A DNA stretch of 64,000 bases. It comes from Acidobacteriota bacterium. GTDB lineage: Bacteria; Acidobacteriota; Thermoanaerobaculia; Multivoradales; UBA5704. Numbering within the stretch: the stretch's first letter is position 1; each line of letters starts with the position of its first letter. The DNA lies in NCBI GenBank assembly GCA_040005235.1, contig JBDTZG010000018.1:1-64000 (forward strand). Reading direction: 5' to 3'. Positions 1 through 10,077 of the stretch are shown here, one piece after another. The notes beneath the pieces are model-generated. The model was not told the origin of the DNA. It searched no databases and saw only the letters and a list, made by a program, of their open reading frames with translations. Position numbers and translations under genes: made by a program.

Positions 1-238
1 AGGGGGGGATTTTTAAGTGATCGGGAGGGGGGAAATTTGGATGATCGTTGACACACCGCAATCCCGAATCCGGTGGGTGATGATCGGCTACGAGAATCTG
101 CTGTTCCGAACGGGCGGCCTACTGTTCCGCGTCGCGCGTGGACCTCGCGATCACCCGGAACCGGCGGGACGAGCACAAGCACCGCGGCGCGACAACAGGA
201 ATCGCGTTCGCGGCGTCCGGGACCGGGCGTTGCGACGG

Positions 239-737
239 AAAAAAGTGGTGCGCGAACGCTACGCCCAACTGCGCGGACGCTACGCGCGCCTGTAGGGACG
301 CTAGAAACAGGAACGCGAACGCAACGAAGTGGAACGCAGCCTCCGCGCTCCACTTTTTTTCGTCCGCGCCGTTCTGCGCGGCGTCCGTGTTTCAGCGTCT
401 AGCGTTCGCGCTCCCCTTCTTTGCGTTCGCTTTCCACGTTTTTGCGTTCGCGTTCTAGTTCTCAGCGTTCGCGCCGTTGCGCGTAGCGTCTGTGCACGTG
501 TGCCCAGCGTCCGTGCAGTGGTGCACAGCGTTCGTGCTCCTCCGTTTTGCGTCGCAAAACCGGCTCGGGGAGTCGGAGAAGTGGCCTCGTGCGTTCGCGC
601 TCCTGTTTCTGGTGTTCGTCAGGCGGCCCTTTGCGTTACAAGTTCGGTGTTTCGCGTCGCGAGCGCAGCAGCTTGTGTCGCAGCGGGACCGTCTTGTGTC
701 CGCCTATCGGTCGCGCGTTTCTCGGGCGGACGAGGCA
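239..737. repeat. Inverted pair of degenerate 21-bp-period tandem arrays (element 1; GCGTTC/GAACGC core)
   Basis: GAACGC/GGACGC ends at 259, 280, 301, 322. GCGTTC-like motifs start every 21 bp from 339 to about 717 (381, 402, 423, 444, 465, 486, 507, 528, 549, 591 and onward). Unit 302-322 matches the reverse complement of 591-611 at 19/21. Confidence 0.85.
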
Positions 738-1014
738 GAAGTCGCTCAGGACATTGTGCTTAGAGACTAGTGGTGCGTGGTGGCTGGAATCTCTAGCTCT
801 GTGGATCGGAGGCGGTTGCGTCTCTTGCGTTGCAAATACGACATCGAACGTGAGAGCACAACTCCGAACGCAAAGAGGTCGCTACCGCTCCCTGCCAGGT
901 TCTTCGCTCCGCCAAGGGTGTCCTGGGACCGCCGCCGTCTCGGCGGCGCGAACGGTGGGTGACCTCAGGAGCCGAACCCAGGGTGGTTCATCCGGCGATC
1001 ACCAGAGGTCGGCT

Positions 1015-1860
1015 ATGATCTTCGGCGTGGACGAGAACCGCAGAGGCTACAGTCTCAAAGCTCCCGGGCCGGGCGGGTCGGGTTCGGCGATGCGTTTGCC
1101 GGGAAGGGGCACGTTTCCGAACGTCGACGACCATCTGGTCGAGCCGGAGGTTACGCGGGACGAGATCATCGGCGGGCGGCGAGTGGTGGCGTCTCCCGCG
1201 GAAACCGCCCATGCGGATCAGCACAGCCGGCTGGATTACGTTCTTCAGGCGCATGTGGCGACGGGCTATCGCGTGTCGGTGGACCTGATCACCCGCCACG
1301 GTGAAGTGATGGATTTCGCGTCCGACGCTTGTGTGCGGCGCGAGGGAACCGATCCTGCAACCGGCCGGCGATATCTGGAAGAGATCGCATTCGAGGTGGT
1401 GTCGGAGCAGAGAGAAAAGCTGGCGACCGAAAAGGCCGAGCAAATGGGGCGGCGCGGCGTGCGGCGGATTTTCGCGATTTGGGTCAAGAGCGGCGAAGTC
1501 GGGGAGTGGTCTTCCGAGGACCAAGCCTGGCGGCGGTTGGAGGCTGGGGCTAAGATCGATGATGTTTGCCTGGTCAAGCCGCTCGAAGTCGCCGCATTGC
1601 TCGATGCCGCCGTGGCCGACAATGCCGTGGTCGAGGCGCTCGCCGCCAAAGGAAACTCGGCGATTCGGGCGCGAGACGCCGCGGCGGAAGCACGAGGAGT
1701 CGCCCGGTCGATTCTCGATGTTCTGGAAGCGCGTGCTGTTTCGGTGACCGAGGCGCAGCGGCAGCAGATTCTGAGACGCCAGGATCTCGAACGGTTGAGC
1801 CTTTGGTTGCGCCGCGCCGTTACCGCTTCGTCCGCCGCCGAAGTCTTGGCTGAACCTTAA
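1015..1860 (+). CDS. Uma2/PD-(D/E)XK-like putative endonuclease family protein
   Basis: Motifs EIIGGRRVVASPA..H, DFASDAC, EIAFEVVSEQ and RGVRRIFAI, with a C-terminal ARGVARSILDVLEAR...LSLWLRRAVTA tail typical of this family. Start uncertain (1015, 1027 or 1090). Confidence 0.65.
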   Translation: MIFGVDENRRGYSLKAPGPGGSGSAMRLPGRGTFPNVDDHLVEPEVTRDEIIGGRRVVASPAETAHADQHSRLDYVLQAHVATGYRVSVDLITRHGEVMDFASDACVRREGTDPATGRRYLEEIAFEVVSEQREKLATEKAEQMGRRGVRRIFAIWVKSGEVGEWSSEDQAWRRLEAGAKIDDVCLVKPLEVAALLDAAVADNAVVEALAAKGNSAIRARDAAAEARGVARSILDVLEARAVSVTEAQRQQILRRQDLERLSLWLRRAVTASSAAEVLAEP

Positions 1861-1929
1861 GCGGTATTGCGCCTTCGCCGCCGGCGAGGACGCCAGCGGT
1901 CCCAGGATCCCTGGACCGAACGGAGTGAT

Positions 1930-2844
1930 CTATCCGGCGACCGCGGCCCAAAGCTCGCCGAGCGCCGCGTCCAGGTCTTTCTCCGGTTTCCAGCCCAGCG
2001 CGCGGAGTTTCCCGGCATCGCCTTCGAGCAGCGGCATGTCCACCGGACGGAGGCGCTCCTTGTCTTCCTGGATCTCCACCTTCTGTCCCGAGATCGCGAT
2101 CAGGCGATCGAGGGCTTCGGCGATCGAGAAGGCTTTGCCTAAGGCTACGTTGTAGATCTCTCCCGGGGCGCCCTGTTCGGCGAGGAGGGCGAGGGCTGCC
2201 ACTCCGTCCGAGACGTGGACGAAATCGCGGCGGGCGGAGAGGTTTCCGACTTGGAGCACCGGCTCCTGTTCGCCCTTCTTGATCGCGGCGAGCTGGGCGG
2301 CGAAGGCGGGGAGGGCGAAGCGGTTTGACTGACCCGGGCCGACCAGGTTGAAACAGCGGGCGACGATCCCCCCGGCGCGTACCGTGAGCCTTTCGGCCGC
2401 GGCTTTGGTGAGGGCGTAGGGGGTGCGGGGCGCCACGGGCTGGGACTCTACGATCGGCTGATGGTCTTCGGGGACCAGACCGTAGACCTCCGCGCTGGAG
2501 GCGAGGAGGACGCGGCAGCGGGAGAGGCCCGCGGCCGCGTCGAGGACATTTTCGGTCCCCAGGACGTTCACTTGAAAATAGTCCGCCGGGCGCTGCCAGC
2601 TCTCACCGACGTGCGACAGGCCGGCGAGGTGGACGATCGCTTCGGGATTCGCGGCGCGCACCACCGCCGAGAGGCCGGCCGCGTCGAGCAGGTCGACCTC
2701 GTGCAGCTCCACCCTCTGGAGGTCCGAGGTGGTGCCCCAGGTGGTTCCGATGGTCGTGTGGCCGCGATCGAGCAGGCGCTGGGCGAGATGACCGCCGAGG
2801 AACCCGCCGACTCCCGTGACGAGCACCCGCATTGGGCTACTCAC
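1930..2844 (-). CDS. NDP-sugar epimerase/reductase (GDP-4-keto-6-deoxymannose reductase Rmd-like SDR)
   Basis: VTGVGGFLG Rossmann motif, SSAEVYG, YALTK (YxxxK), GNLSARRDF. Confidence 0.8.
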   Translation of the reverse strand: MSSPMRVLVTGVGGFLGGHLAQRLLDRGHTTIGTTWGTTSDLQRVELHEVDLLDAAGLSAVVRAANPEAIVHLAGLSHVGESWQRPADYFQVNVLGTENVLDAAAGLSRCRVLLASSAEVYGLVPEDHQPIVESQPVAPRTPYALTKAAAERLTVRAGGIVARCFNLVGPGQSNRFALPAFAAQLAAIKKGEQEPVLQVGNLSARRDFVHVSDGVAALALLAEQGAPGEIYNVALGKAFSIAEALDRLIAISGQKVEIQEDKERLRPVDMPLLEGDAGKLRALGWKPEKDLDAALGELWAAVAG

Positions 2845-3826
2845 CGACCTCCGAAAGATGACCCTTCCGGCGGAACTGGTCGCGCCAGTAGTCGAGCAGG
2901 TCGGTGAGGGTCTTCTCGAACGGGATCTGCGGCTCCCAGCCGGTGTCGGCGCGGAATTTCGAGCTGTCGCCGATCAGGATCTCGACGTCGGACGGGCGCA
3001 GGCGATCGGGATCGATCTCGATGTTCACCTTCACCTTCGAGCGGTCGAGGATCATCTGCAGCATGTCGCGGATGTGGATGCCGGTTCCCGTCGCGATGTT
3101 GTACACCTCGCCCGGCTTCGCCTTGGTCACCGCGAGCCAATAGGCGCGGACCATGTCCCGCACGTCGGTGAAGTCGCGGATCGCGTCCAAATTGCCGACC
3201 CGGATCACCGGCTCCTGGCGGCCGGCTTCGATCGCCGCCACCTGGCGGCAGAAGTTCGAGGTGACGAACACGTGGCCGCGGCGCGGGCCGGTGTGGTTGA
3301 AGCCGCGGGTGCGGATCGCCCGGATTCCGTAGGACTGGAAGTATTGATAGCCCAGGTAATCCTGCGCCACCTTGGAGACCGCGTAGGGCGAGAGCGGCCG
3401 AAGCGGGTTGGTCTCCTTGATCGGCGTCTCATCCTTGTGGACCAGGCCGTACTGCTCCGACGAGCAGGCGAGCTGGATCGCCGGGTCGAGCTTCAGCTCG
3501 CGCACCGCCTCGAACAGGTTGATCTGGCCCTGGGCGTTGATCGAGAACGTGTCGTTCGGCGCGATCCAGGAGGAGGGCACGAAGCTCTGGGCCGCGAGGT
3601 GGAAGATGTAATCCGGCTGCGACTTTTCGACCGCGCGGCGCATCGAGGTGTAGTCGCGCAGGTCGGCTTCGATCAGCGTGACCTTGCCTTCCAGGTGCTC
3701 GATGTTATCCATCTTGCTGCGCCAGCGGTTGATGCCGAAGACCTCCACGTCGGGGTGCTCGGCGAGCAGGTAGTCGGCCAGATGGGAGCCGGCAAATCCG
3801 GTGATTCCGGTGATCAGAGCTTTCAT
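2837..3826 (-). CDS. gmd: GDP-mannose 4,6-dehydratase family protein
   Basis: ITGITGFAG, HLAAQSFV, SSEQYG, SPYAVSK, FNHTGPRRG, RDFTDVRD. Confidence 0.75.
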   Translation of the reverse strand: MKALITGITGFAGSHLADYLLAEHPDVEVFGINRWRSKMDNIEHLEGKVTLIEADLRDYTSMRRAVEKSQPDYIFHLAAQSFVPSSWIAPNDTFSINAQGQINLFEAVRELKLDPAIQLACSSEQYGLVHKDETPIKETNPLRPLSPYAVSKVAQDYLGYQYFQSYGIRAIRTRGFNHTGPRRGHVFVTSNFCRQVAAIEAGRQEPVIRVGNLDAIRDFTDVRDMVRAYWLAVTKAKPGEVYNIATGTGIHIRDMLQMILDRSKVKVNIEIDPDRLRPSDVEILIGDSSKFRADTGWEPQIPFEKTLTDLLDYWRDQFRRKGHLSEVGE

Positions 3827-3881
3827 GACGGACGTTCTCCTTCGTGAGATCTCGTCGGGCGGTTCTTGGCGGCGGCCAGGT

Positions 3882-4760
3882 TCATGCGGCGGCGAGCCCG
3901 ACGTTTCGGATTCGTTCGAGGTATTCGATCATGCCCCAGGCCCAAGGCTCGACGCGGCGGCCGAGGAACGCCTCGGTTTTGGCGACGTCGAGCACCGAGT
4001 AGACCGGCCGGCGGGCCGGACGCGGGAATTGATCGGTGGTGACGGGGATCACGTCCACCCTTTCGTCCCAGTTCCGCGCGATCTCGCGCGTGAACTCGAA
4101 CCAGGTGGCGTTGGCCCGGTTACGGTAGTGATAAAGCCCCGAGGCCCCCCCCGCCGCAAGATCGGCGAGCGCGCGGGCGAGGAACGGCGTATAGGTCGGC
4201 GCCCCGGTCTGGTCGTCGACCACGCGAAGCTGGCGGTTGCCTTTTTCCATCAGCGTCACCATGGTCTTCGCGAAATTCGGGCCATAGGGACCGAACAGCC
4301 AGCTCGCGCGGACCACGAGAGCGCCTTCGTGGTGAAGCGCCCGGCGCTCGCCTTCGAGCTTGCTCTCGCCGTAGACCGACTGCGGGGCAACGGGAGAATC
4401 CTCCGGGTAGGGGTGCTTCGCTTCGCCGTCGAACACGTAATCTGTCGAGACGTGGACCAGCCGGGCGCCGATCTTTTTGCCCGCGTCGGCGATCCGGCCC
4501 ACCGCGAGGCCGTTGATCTCGAACGCCAGCTCTCGCTCGTCCTCGCAGCGGTCGACCTGGGTGTGGGCGGCGCAATTGAACACGACCTTCGGGTGGAACG
4601 ACTCCATCCAATGATCGAGATTTGCCGCATCGCGGATGTCGGCCTGACCGCGCGGCAAGGCGAGCGTCGCCCAGCCGCGGCGCCGAAGCTCCGGGGCCAG
4701 GGCACGCCCGAGCATGCCGGCGCCACCCAAGATCAGCGAGCGCAGGTCAGGCGATCCCAA
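3882..4760 (-). CDS. rfbD: dTDP-4-dehydrorhamnose reductase
   Basis: GGAGMLG, NCAAHTQVDRCE, HVSTDYVFDG, YGESKLEGE, VDDQTGAPT, RPARRPVYSVL. Start is probably TTG 4760 or CTG 4745 next to the rfbA stop. Confidence 0.9.
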   Translation of the reverse strand: MGSPDLRSLILGGAGMLGRALAPELRRRGWATLALPRGQADIRDAANLDHWMESFHPKVVFNCAAHTQVDRCEDERELAFEINGLAVGRIADAGKKIGARLVHVSTDYVFDGEAKHPYPEDSPVAPQSVYGESKLEGERRALHHEGALVVRASWLFGPYGPNFAKTMVTLMEKGNRQLRVVDDQTGAPTYTPFLARALADLAAGGASGLYHYRNRANATWFEFTREIARNWDERVDVIPVTTDQFPRPARRPVYSVLDVAKTEAFLGRRVEPWAWGMIEYLERIRNVGLAAA

Positions 4761-5814
4761 CCTCGGAGTTGTCTCCGAGGACGAAACGGTGAGCTTTGGG
4801 TTTTTCGTGGCTGCGGGCGATCTTGACGTTCCGGCCGACCAGCGAGGCATCGATCCGGCCCGGGATGTCGTGGATTTCCGAGTCGGAGAGGATGATCGAG
4901 TTCTCGATCTCGCAGCGCTCCAGCCGGCAACGCTCGCCGATCGAGGTGTAGGGACCCACGAACGCGTGGTGGATTTTGGCACCGTCGCCGATGATCACCG
5001 GGCCGCGGACGAGCGAATCGAGGATTTCGACCCCTTCGCCGATCTGCACCCGCCCTTCGATCCGGCTGCCGTGCCCGAGTGCGCTCCGGTTCTCCGGCTG
5101 GATCGTTTCGAGCACGATCCGGTTCGCCTCCAGCATGTCCTCGACTTTGCCCGTGTCCTTCCACCAGCCGCGGACGATATGGGGGTGGACCGCGAGACCG
5201 CGGTCGATCAGGTCCTGGATCGCGTCGGTGATTTCCAGCTCGCCGCGCCGGGAGGGCCGGATGCGCTTGACCGATTCATGGATGTGCCGGTCGAACATGT
5301 AGACGCCGACCAACGCCAAATTGCTTTTCGGCTCGCTCGGCTTCTCGACCAGGCGCAAGACCTTGCCGTCCTCGGTCAGCTCGGCGACGCCGAACTGCTG
5401 CGGGTTGGGCACTTCGGCGAGCAGGATCTCGCAGTTGCATTCGGAGGCTGCGAACTCTTCGACCAAACTTGCGATGCCGCCTGCGATCAGGTTGTCGCCC
5501 AGGTACATGACGAACGGCGAATCCCCGAGGAAATCCTCGGCGATCATCACCGCGTGGGCCAGGCCGCGCGGCGCGTCCTGCTCGATGTAGGTCACCGCGG
5601 CGCCGAAGCGCGAACCGTCGCCCACCGCGGCGCGAATCTCGTCCTTCGTCTCGCCGACGATGATTCCTATGTCGGTGATGCCCGCCGCGACGATCGATTC
5701 GATCGCGAAGAACAGGACCGGCTTGTTCGCCACCGGCACCAGCTGCTTGGCGGAGGTGTAGGTGAGCGGCCTGAGGCGCGTCCCTTTTCCGCCGGAGAGG
5801 ATCAGCCCCTTCAT
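4747..5814 (-). CDS. rfbA: Glucose-1-phosphate thymidylyltransferase (long form)
   Basis: LSGGKGTRLRPLT, KQLVPVANKP, YLGDN, EKP, GELEITD, WWKDTG. Confidence 0.92.
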   Translation of the reverse strand: MKGLILSGGKGTRLRPLTYTSAKQLVPVANKPVLFFAIESIVAAGITDIGIIVGETKDEIRAAVGDGSRFGAAVTYIEQDAPRGLAHAVMIAEDFLGDSPFVMYLGDNLIAGGIASLVEEFAASECNCEILLAEVPNPQQFGVAELTEDGKVLRLVEKPSEPKSNLALVGVYMFDRHIHESVKRIRPSRRGELEITDAIQDLIDRGLAVHPHIVRGWWKDTGKVEDMLEANRIVLETIQPENRSALGHGSRIEGRVQIGEGVEILDSLVRGPVIIGDGAKIHHAFVGPYTSIGERCRLERCEIENSIILSDSEIHDIPGRIDASLVGRNVKIARSHEKPKAHRFVLGDNSEVGIA

Positions 5815-5824
5815 TGCAATCTCA

Positions 5825-8230
5825 TCACTGGTCGAGCGCGTCGGTGGCGTAGGTCCGGCCGGTGAGGTCGAGGAACGTGCCGACGTTCTTCAAGCTGATC
5901 GACAGCCGGTAATCGCGGTTGTGAAGGTCGCCGACCGATTGGTCGCGCACTTCCAGGCGCAGCCCCCAGCACTGGCTGGTCCAGCTCGCGACATAGCGCT
6001 GATGCTGGAGGTTCGCGCGGTCGAGGTCGTAAGCGACCTGGCCTTCGAGACGCAGGCGGCGCGGGATGACGTTCAAGCCGGTGGTCACGCGGATCTGGTC
6101 GCCGTTGACCTCCCCCGACTGGGGCAGGTAGGTGGTAAACCAGGTCAGATCGACCGAGTTGCCGCCGTTCCAATCGACGCCGCCGGTGAACGAGCGCGAC
6201 TGGAGCTGCTTGAACAGCGTGTTGTACGAGAGGTCGATCTTGGCGTTGAACACCTTGGACGGATTCAACCGGAGCAGCGCCTCGATCGGCCCGTCGGTCG
6301 TATTGACGTGCAGCGGATCGATGGGCGAGATCTGGAGCGGCAGCTTGTTGTCTAAGCTGAACGCCTGGGCAACTTCCAAATACGCCACTTCGCGGGCGCC
6401 GCCGTCCTTCGGGTCGTCCGATTTGCCGAGAACCCTGTTGATCAACGCCACGCGTCCGACGTTCTGCGAAAACGACGAGTCGACCTCGTCGAACAAGGGG
6501 ATCACCCGGGTGTTGTCATAGTCGCCGAAGTAGGTGTAAGTGATGCGCGGCTCGATGACGTGCTTGAACTTGGTGAGCGAACCGACCTTCGCGTTGAAGA
6601 TCTTCGAGAACGACGGACCGACGATCAGGCCCGAGGCGGAGGCGAGGTTCCGCTGTTCGGTTTTCCCGGTGAACTGCTGAGTGAGAGGGTCGACCGTGTC
6701 GCCGTACCAGGTGAGCCGGTCGCCCACGGTGGCCGAAAGCGACAGCCAGGGGAAGGCGCGCACCGGCACGGTGAGCTGCGGGAACAAATCGACGCGGCCG
6801 TACTTGCCCGTCGTGCTGCCCGGGCGTTCGAGGTCGAGATAGCTGACCGAGTTCTGCGCCTGCAGATAAAGGGGCAATTTGCCGAGCCGCGTGGAGCGGA
6901 TCGAATAATCGATCTCGGGTAGCTTCCTCTGGGTGACGAACTGGCCCGTCCCGACGAAGATCTTGCGGTCGTTGAGCAGGACGTTCAGCGATTGCGGCCC
7001 CCAGTTGCCGGCGAGGAATGCGCGGCTGTCTTGGAAGCGGAACGAGTTGCGGTCGAAATCGCGCTCGAAGTCGCGGAAGAAGTTGAAATCCGAGAAATCC
7101 TCATAGGCGACGACGGCACGCAGACCCCCCGGCAGCTTGTTCATCTCGTGGTTCCAGTTGATCTTCCAGCGCCACTCATTCTCGCCGGGCAGCGCGTCGG
7201 GGTCGCGTACGGCGTAGCCTTGAAAGTCGCCGCGCGTCCCTTCGCTCGGCCGGTAGCGGAACTCGTCGCCCAGCCCCAGATAGCCCTTGGAGTAGGGATC
7301 GACGTGGAACGTCATGTCATAGCTGCGGCCCATCTCCAGGAAGTAAGCGAGGCCGATCAGGCTGCCGCGCCGGTCCGAGTAGCCGAAGTTGGGGACCAGG
7401 AAGCCCGAGCTGCGCTCGCGCTTGACCGGCCAGAGAAGATAGGGCGTATAGAAGACCGGCAGCTTTTTGGCCCGCATCGTGGCGTTGCTCGCACGGGCAT
7501 AGCCTTCGATCTCGATCGTCGCCTTCTTGACCTTGAAGCTCCAGTCCGGAACCTTCTGGCTGCACGAGGTGAAGACGCCGTTTTCCACCCGGTAGGTGGC
7601 ATCGCCGATCTTCGAGATCCGCGCGCCGGAGAAGTAGTAATCGGGGGTCACCGCGGCCTGCGCCTCGGCCATCGTGCCGGTCTTGGTCGAGAGGTCGAAT
7701 TCGAGGCTCTTGCCCGAAAGGCGCCGCGGCCCCTGGTCGAGGATGACGTTGCCTAGGGCGAGCACCTTCTTGCTGGTGAGGTCGATTTCGGCGGTATCGG
7801 CCTGGATTTCGATGTCTTGGTAGCGCAGATGGACCTCGCCGGTGAGCACGGCGTAGTCCTCGCGCTGGTATTCAAGCGATTCGGCCGAGCCGGAGGTGGC
7901 GCCGCCCCCTTTGTCGGTCGGGAACTTGAGGTCGAAATCGATCCGGTCCGGCCCGGCGCCGGGCGGGCCGGGGGGTGGAGCGGGGACCGCGGGAGCCGGG
8001 GCCGTCCCGGGAGGTTTCGTGGGGGTCGGAGTCGCCGGAGTCGCCGGAGCACCGGTCGCCGGAGGAGTCGCCTGAGCGGGCGCCGGAGAGTTTGCCGGAG
8101 CAGCGCTTTCCGGGATCGGCGGCGGAACCGGAGCGGTCGGCTCTTGGGCGGCGAGCGGACGGGGACCGGGAAGGGCGATCAAGCCGGCGGTCAGGCAGGC
8201 GAGCGCGAAAATGGGGACGCGACGGCTCAT
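5825..8230 (-). CDS. lptD: LPS-assembly protein LptD
   Basis: Signal peptide and Pro-rich linker, OstA-like N-domain (FTSC..PDW), PVFYTPY...RSSGFLVPNFG, beta-barrel C-terminus with QCW. Confidence 0.85.
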   Translation of the reverse strand: MSRRVPIFALACLTAGLIALPGPRPLAAQEPTAPVPPPIPESAAPANSPAPAQATPPATGAPATPATPTPTKPPGTAPAPAVPAPPPGPPGAGPDRIDFDLKFPTDKGGGATSGSAESLEYQREDYAVLTGEVHLRYQDIEIQADTAEIDLTSKKVLALGNVILDQGPRRLSGKSLEFDLSTKTGTMAEAQAAVTPDYYFSGARISKIGDATYRVENGVFTSCSQKVPDWSFKVKKATIEIEGYARASNATMRAKKLPVFYTPYLLWPVKRERSSGFLVPNFGYSDRRGSLIGLAYFLEMGRSYDMTFHVDPYSKGYLGLGDEFRYRPSEGTRGDFQGYAVRDPDALPGENEWRWKINWNHEMNKLPGGLRAVVAYEDFSDFNFFRDFERDFDRNSFRFQDSRAFLAGNWGPQSLNVLLNDRKIFVGTGQFVTQRKLPEIDYSIRSTRLGKLPLYLQAQNSVSYLDLERPGSTTGKYGRVDLFPQLTVPVRAFPWLSLSATVGDRLTWYGDTVDPLTQQFTGKTEQRNLASASGLIVGPSFSKIFNAKVGSLTKFKHVIEPRITYTYFGDYDNTRVIPLFDEVDSSFSQNVGRVALINRVLGKSDDPKDGGAREVAYLEVAQAFSLDNKLPLQISPIDPLHVNTTDGPIEALLRLNPSKVFNAKIDLSYNTLFKQLQSRSFTGGVDWNGGNSVDLTWFTTYLPQSGEVNGDQIRVTTGLNVIPRRLRLEGQVAYDLDRANLQHQRYVASWTSQCWGLRLEVRDQSVGDLHNRDYRLSISLKNVGTFLDLTGRTYATDALDQ

Positions 8231-8288
8231 GTCTCGAACGTTCCTCCGTGGGGCTCTCGAAGGCTTGAAGCTTAACCTCAAGTCGATC

Positions 8289-9479
8289 CTAGATCCGCTC
8301 GACGTTCAGTTCGACGACCATCGCGGTCGCCTCGCCGCCGCCGAGGCAGATCGCGGCGCAGCCGCGCGTCAGGTTTCGTTCGGCGAGCGCGTCGAGCAGG
8401 GTGACCAGGATGCGGGCGCCAGAACAGCCGATCGGATGGCCGATCGATACCGCCCCGCCGCGGACGTTGGTCCGATCGTGGCCAATCCCCAGCTCCTTCA
8501 TGAACGCCATCGCGACCACCGCAAACGCCTCGTTGACCTCCCAGAGGTCGATGTCGGCGATGGTCAAACCCGCCCGTTCGATTGCCATCTTGGCGGCGGT
8601 GACCGGCGCGGTGGTGAACCACTCGGGCGCCTGGGCGAACGTTGCGTGGGCGACGATCCGCGCGATCGGCGTCTTGCCGAGCGAAGCCGCATGGCTTGCG
8701 GTGGTCAAGACGAGCGCCGCGGCGCCGTCGTTCAGTTTGCTCGAATTGGCGGCGGTGATCGAGCCGTCCTTCTGAAACGCCGGCTTCAACCCAGGCATTT
8801 TCGCCAGATCGACCTTGAACGGCTCTTCGTCGCGCGAGACGAGCACCGGGTCGCCCTTCCTTTGCGGTACGGCGACCGGCACGATCTCCCGGGCGAAGGC
8901 GCCGCTCTCGGTCGCCGCGCGGGCACGCTCATAGCTCGCGAGCGAATAGGCGTCCTGCTCCTCCCGGGTGAACCCATACTCCCGAGCGCACAGCTCGCCG
9001 CAATTTCCCATGTGGACGTCGCCGTACGGATCCCACAGGCCGTCATGGATCATCGAGTCGATCAGCTTGCCGTGGCCGAGGCGCAGACCGTCGCGGGCGC
9101 CGAGCGCCAGATACGGCGCCTGGCTCATGCTCTCCATGCCGCCCGCGGCGACCAGGGAGAAATCGCCGCAGCGCAGGTCGTTGGCGGCCGTCATCACCGC
9201 CCGCATTCCGGAGCCGCAGACTTTGTTCAGTGTGACGGCACCGGTGCTCGGCGGGCAGCCGGCGCCCAAGGTCGCCTGGCGCGCCGGGGCTTGGCCCTGG
9301 CCGGCGGTGAGCACGCAGCCCATGTAGACCTGCTCCAGCTGATCGGGGGAAAGACCGGCGCGCTCGATCGCTCCGGCGAGCGCCTTCGCGCCGAGCGCGT
9401 GGGCGGCAAATCCGGAGAGGGAACCTTGAAAGCTTCCGATCGGCGTGCGGGCGGCACTTAAGATGACGACGTCGTCCAT
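8289..9479 (-). CDS. Acetyl-CoA C-acetyltransferase (thiolase)
   Basis: ARTPIG, NKVCGSG, GMESMS, NEAF, GHPIGCSG, ICLGGG. Confidence 0.95.
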   Translation of the reverse strand: MDDVVILSAARTPIGSFQGSLSGFAAHALGAKALAGAIERAGLSPDQLEQVYMGCVLTAGQGQAPARQATLGAGCPPSTGAVTLNKVCGSGMRAVMTAANDLRCGDFSLVAAGGMESMSQAPYLALGARDGLRLGHGKLIDSMIHDGLWDPYGDVHMGNCGELCAREYGFTREEQDAYSLASYERARAATESGAFAREIVPVAVPQRKGDPVLVSRDEEPFKVDLAKMPGLKPAFQKDGSITAANSSKLNDGAAALVLTTASHAASLGKTPIARIVAHATFAQAPEWFTTAPVTAAKMAIERAGLTIADIDLWEVNEAFAVVAMAFMKELGIGHDRTNVRGGAVSIGHPIGCSGARILVTLLDALAERNLTRGCAAICLGGGEATAMVVELNVERI

Positions 9480-9600
9480 CGGGGTCCTCGACGGGTGTTG
9501 GTGGAGATCGATGGCGTAGCTATGAAATAGCCGCACTCGAAGCGGCTTCTGGGGCGAAAGCGAGCGCGGATGCTAGCACATCTGTAGAATCCCCCCCGGC

Positions 9601-10077
9601 ATGCGGACCCTCGGCATCGACTTCGGAGAGCGTCGGATTGGACTCGCGATTTCCGACGCCGGAGGCACGTTCGCGATGCCGCTTTTCACCCTCGAACGGC
9701 GGAGCGACCCGGCGGCGATCGCCCGAATCGGCGAGATCATCCGCGAGGAGGAGGTCGAATCGCTGGTGGTCGGCGAGCCGGTCAATGTCGATGGAACCCG
9801 CGGTCCGGCGGCGGAGCGCGCCAGGAGCTTCGCGGCGAAGCTCGCCGCGGCGACCGGCCTGCCGCTCCGGCTGGTGGGCGAGACCTTGACCACGGTGGCC
9901 GCCGCGGAGCGCCTGCGCGAGGCGGGGGTCGACGCCCGCCGGGCGCGCGGGCGGATCGACTCGGTGGCGGCGCAGATCCTGCTCGAAGAGGCGCTCGCCA
10001 CGCCCCCTCCCGGGAAGGCCACCGGAGCCATCGGAGCCATCGAAGCCATCGAAGCCATCGAAAGGGCGGTCGCATGA
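9601..10077 (+). CDS. ruvX: Holliday junction resolvase-like / pre-16S rRNA nuclease RuvX (YqgF)
   Basis: LGIDFGERRIGLAISD, VVGEP, ETLTT, IDSVAAQILL. The usual DE pair reads GE here. Confidence 0.88.
   Translation: MRTLGIDFGERRIGLAISDAGGTFAMPLFTLERRSDPAAIARIGEIIREEEVESLVVGEPVNVDGTRGPAAERARSFAAKLAAATGLPLRLVGETLTTVAAAERLREAGVDARRARGRIDSVAAQILLEEALATPPPGKATGAIGAIEAIEAIERAVA
10018..10062 (+). repeat. In-frame 9-bp tandem repeat (GCCATCGRA-like x5) in the ruvX 3' end
   Basis: gccaccgga gccatcgga gccatcgaa gccatcgaa gccatcgaa, encoding ATG-AIG-AIE-AIE-AIE. Confidence 0.85.

Noticed and set aside
239-737. CRISPR array interpretation of the 21-bp arrays (also 49311-49910)
   Set aside because: The conserved core is only 5-9 nt, the period is 21 bp, the arms are inverted and no cas genes are present.
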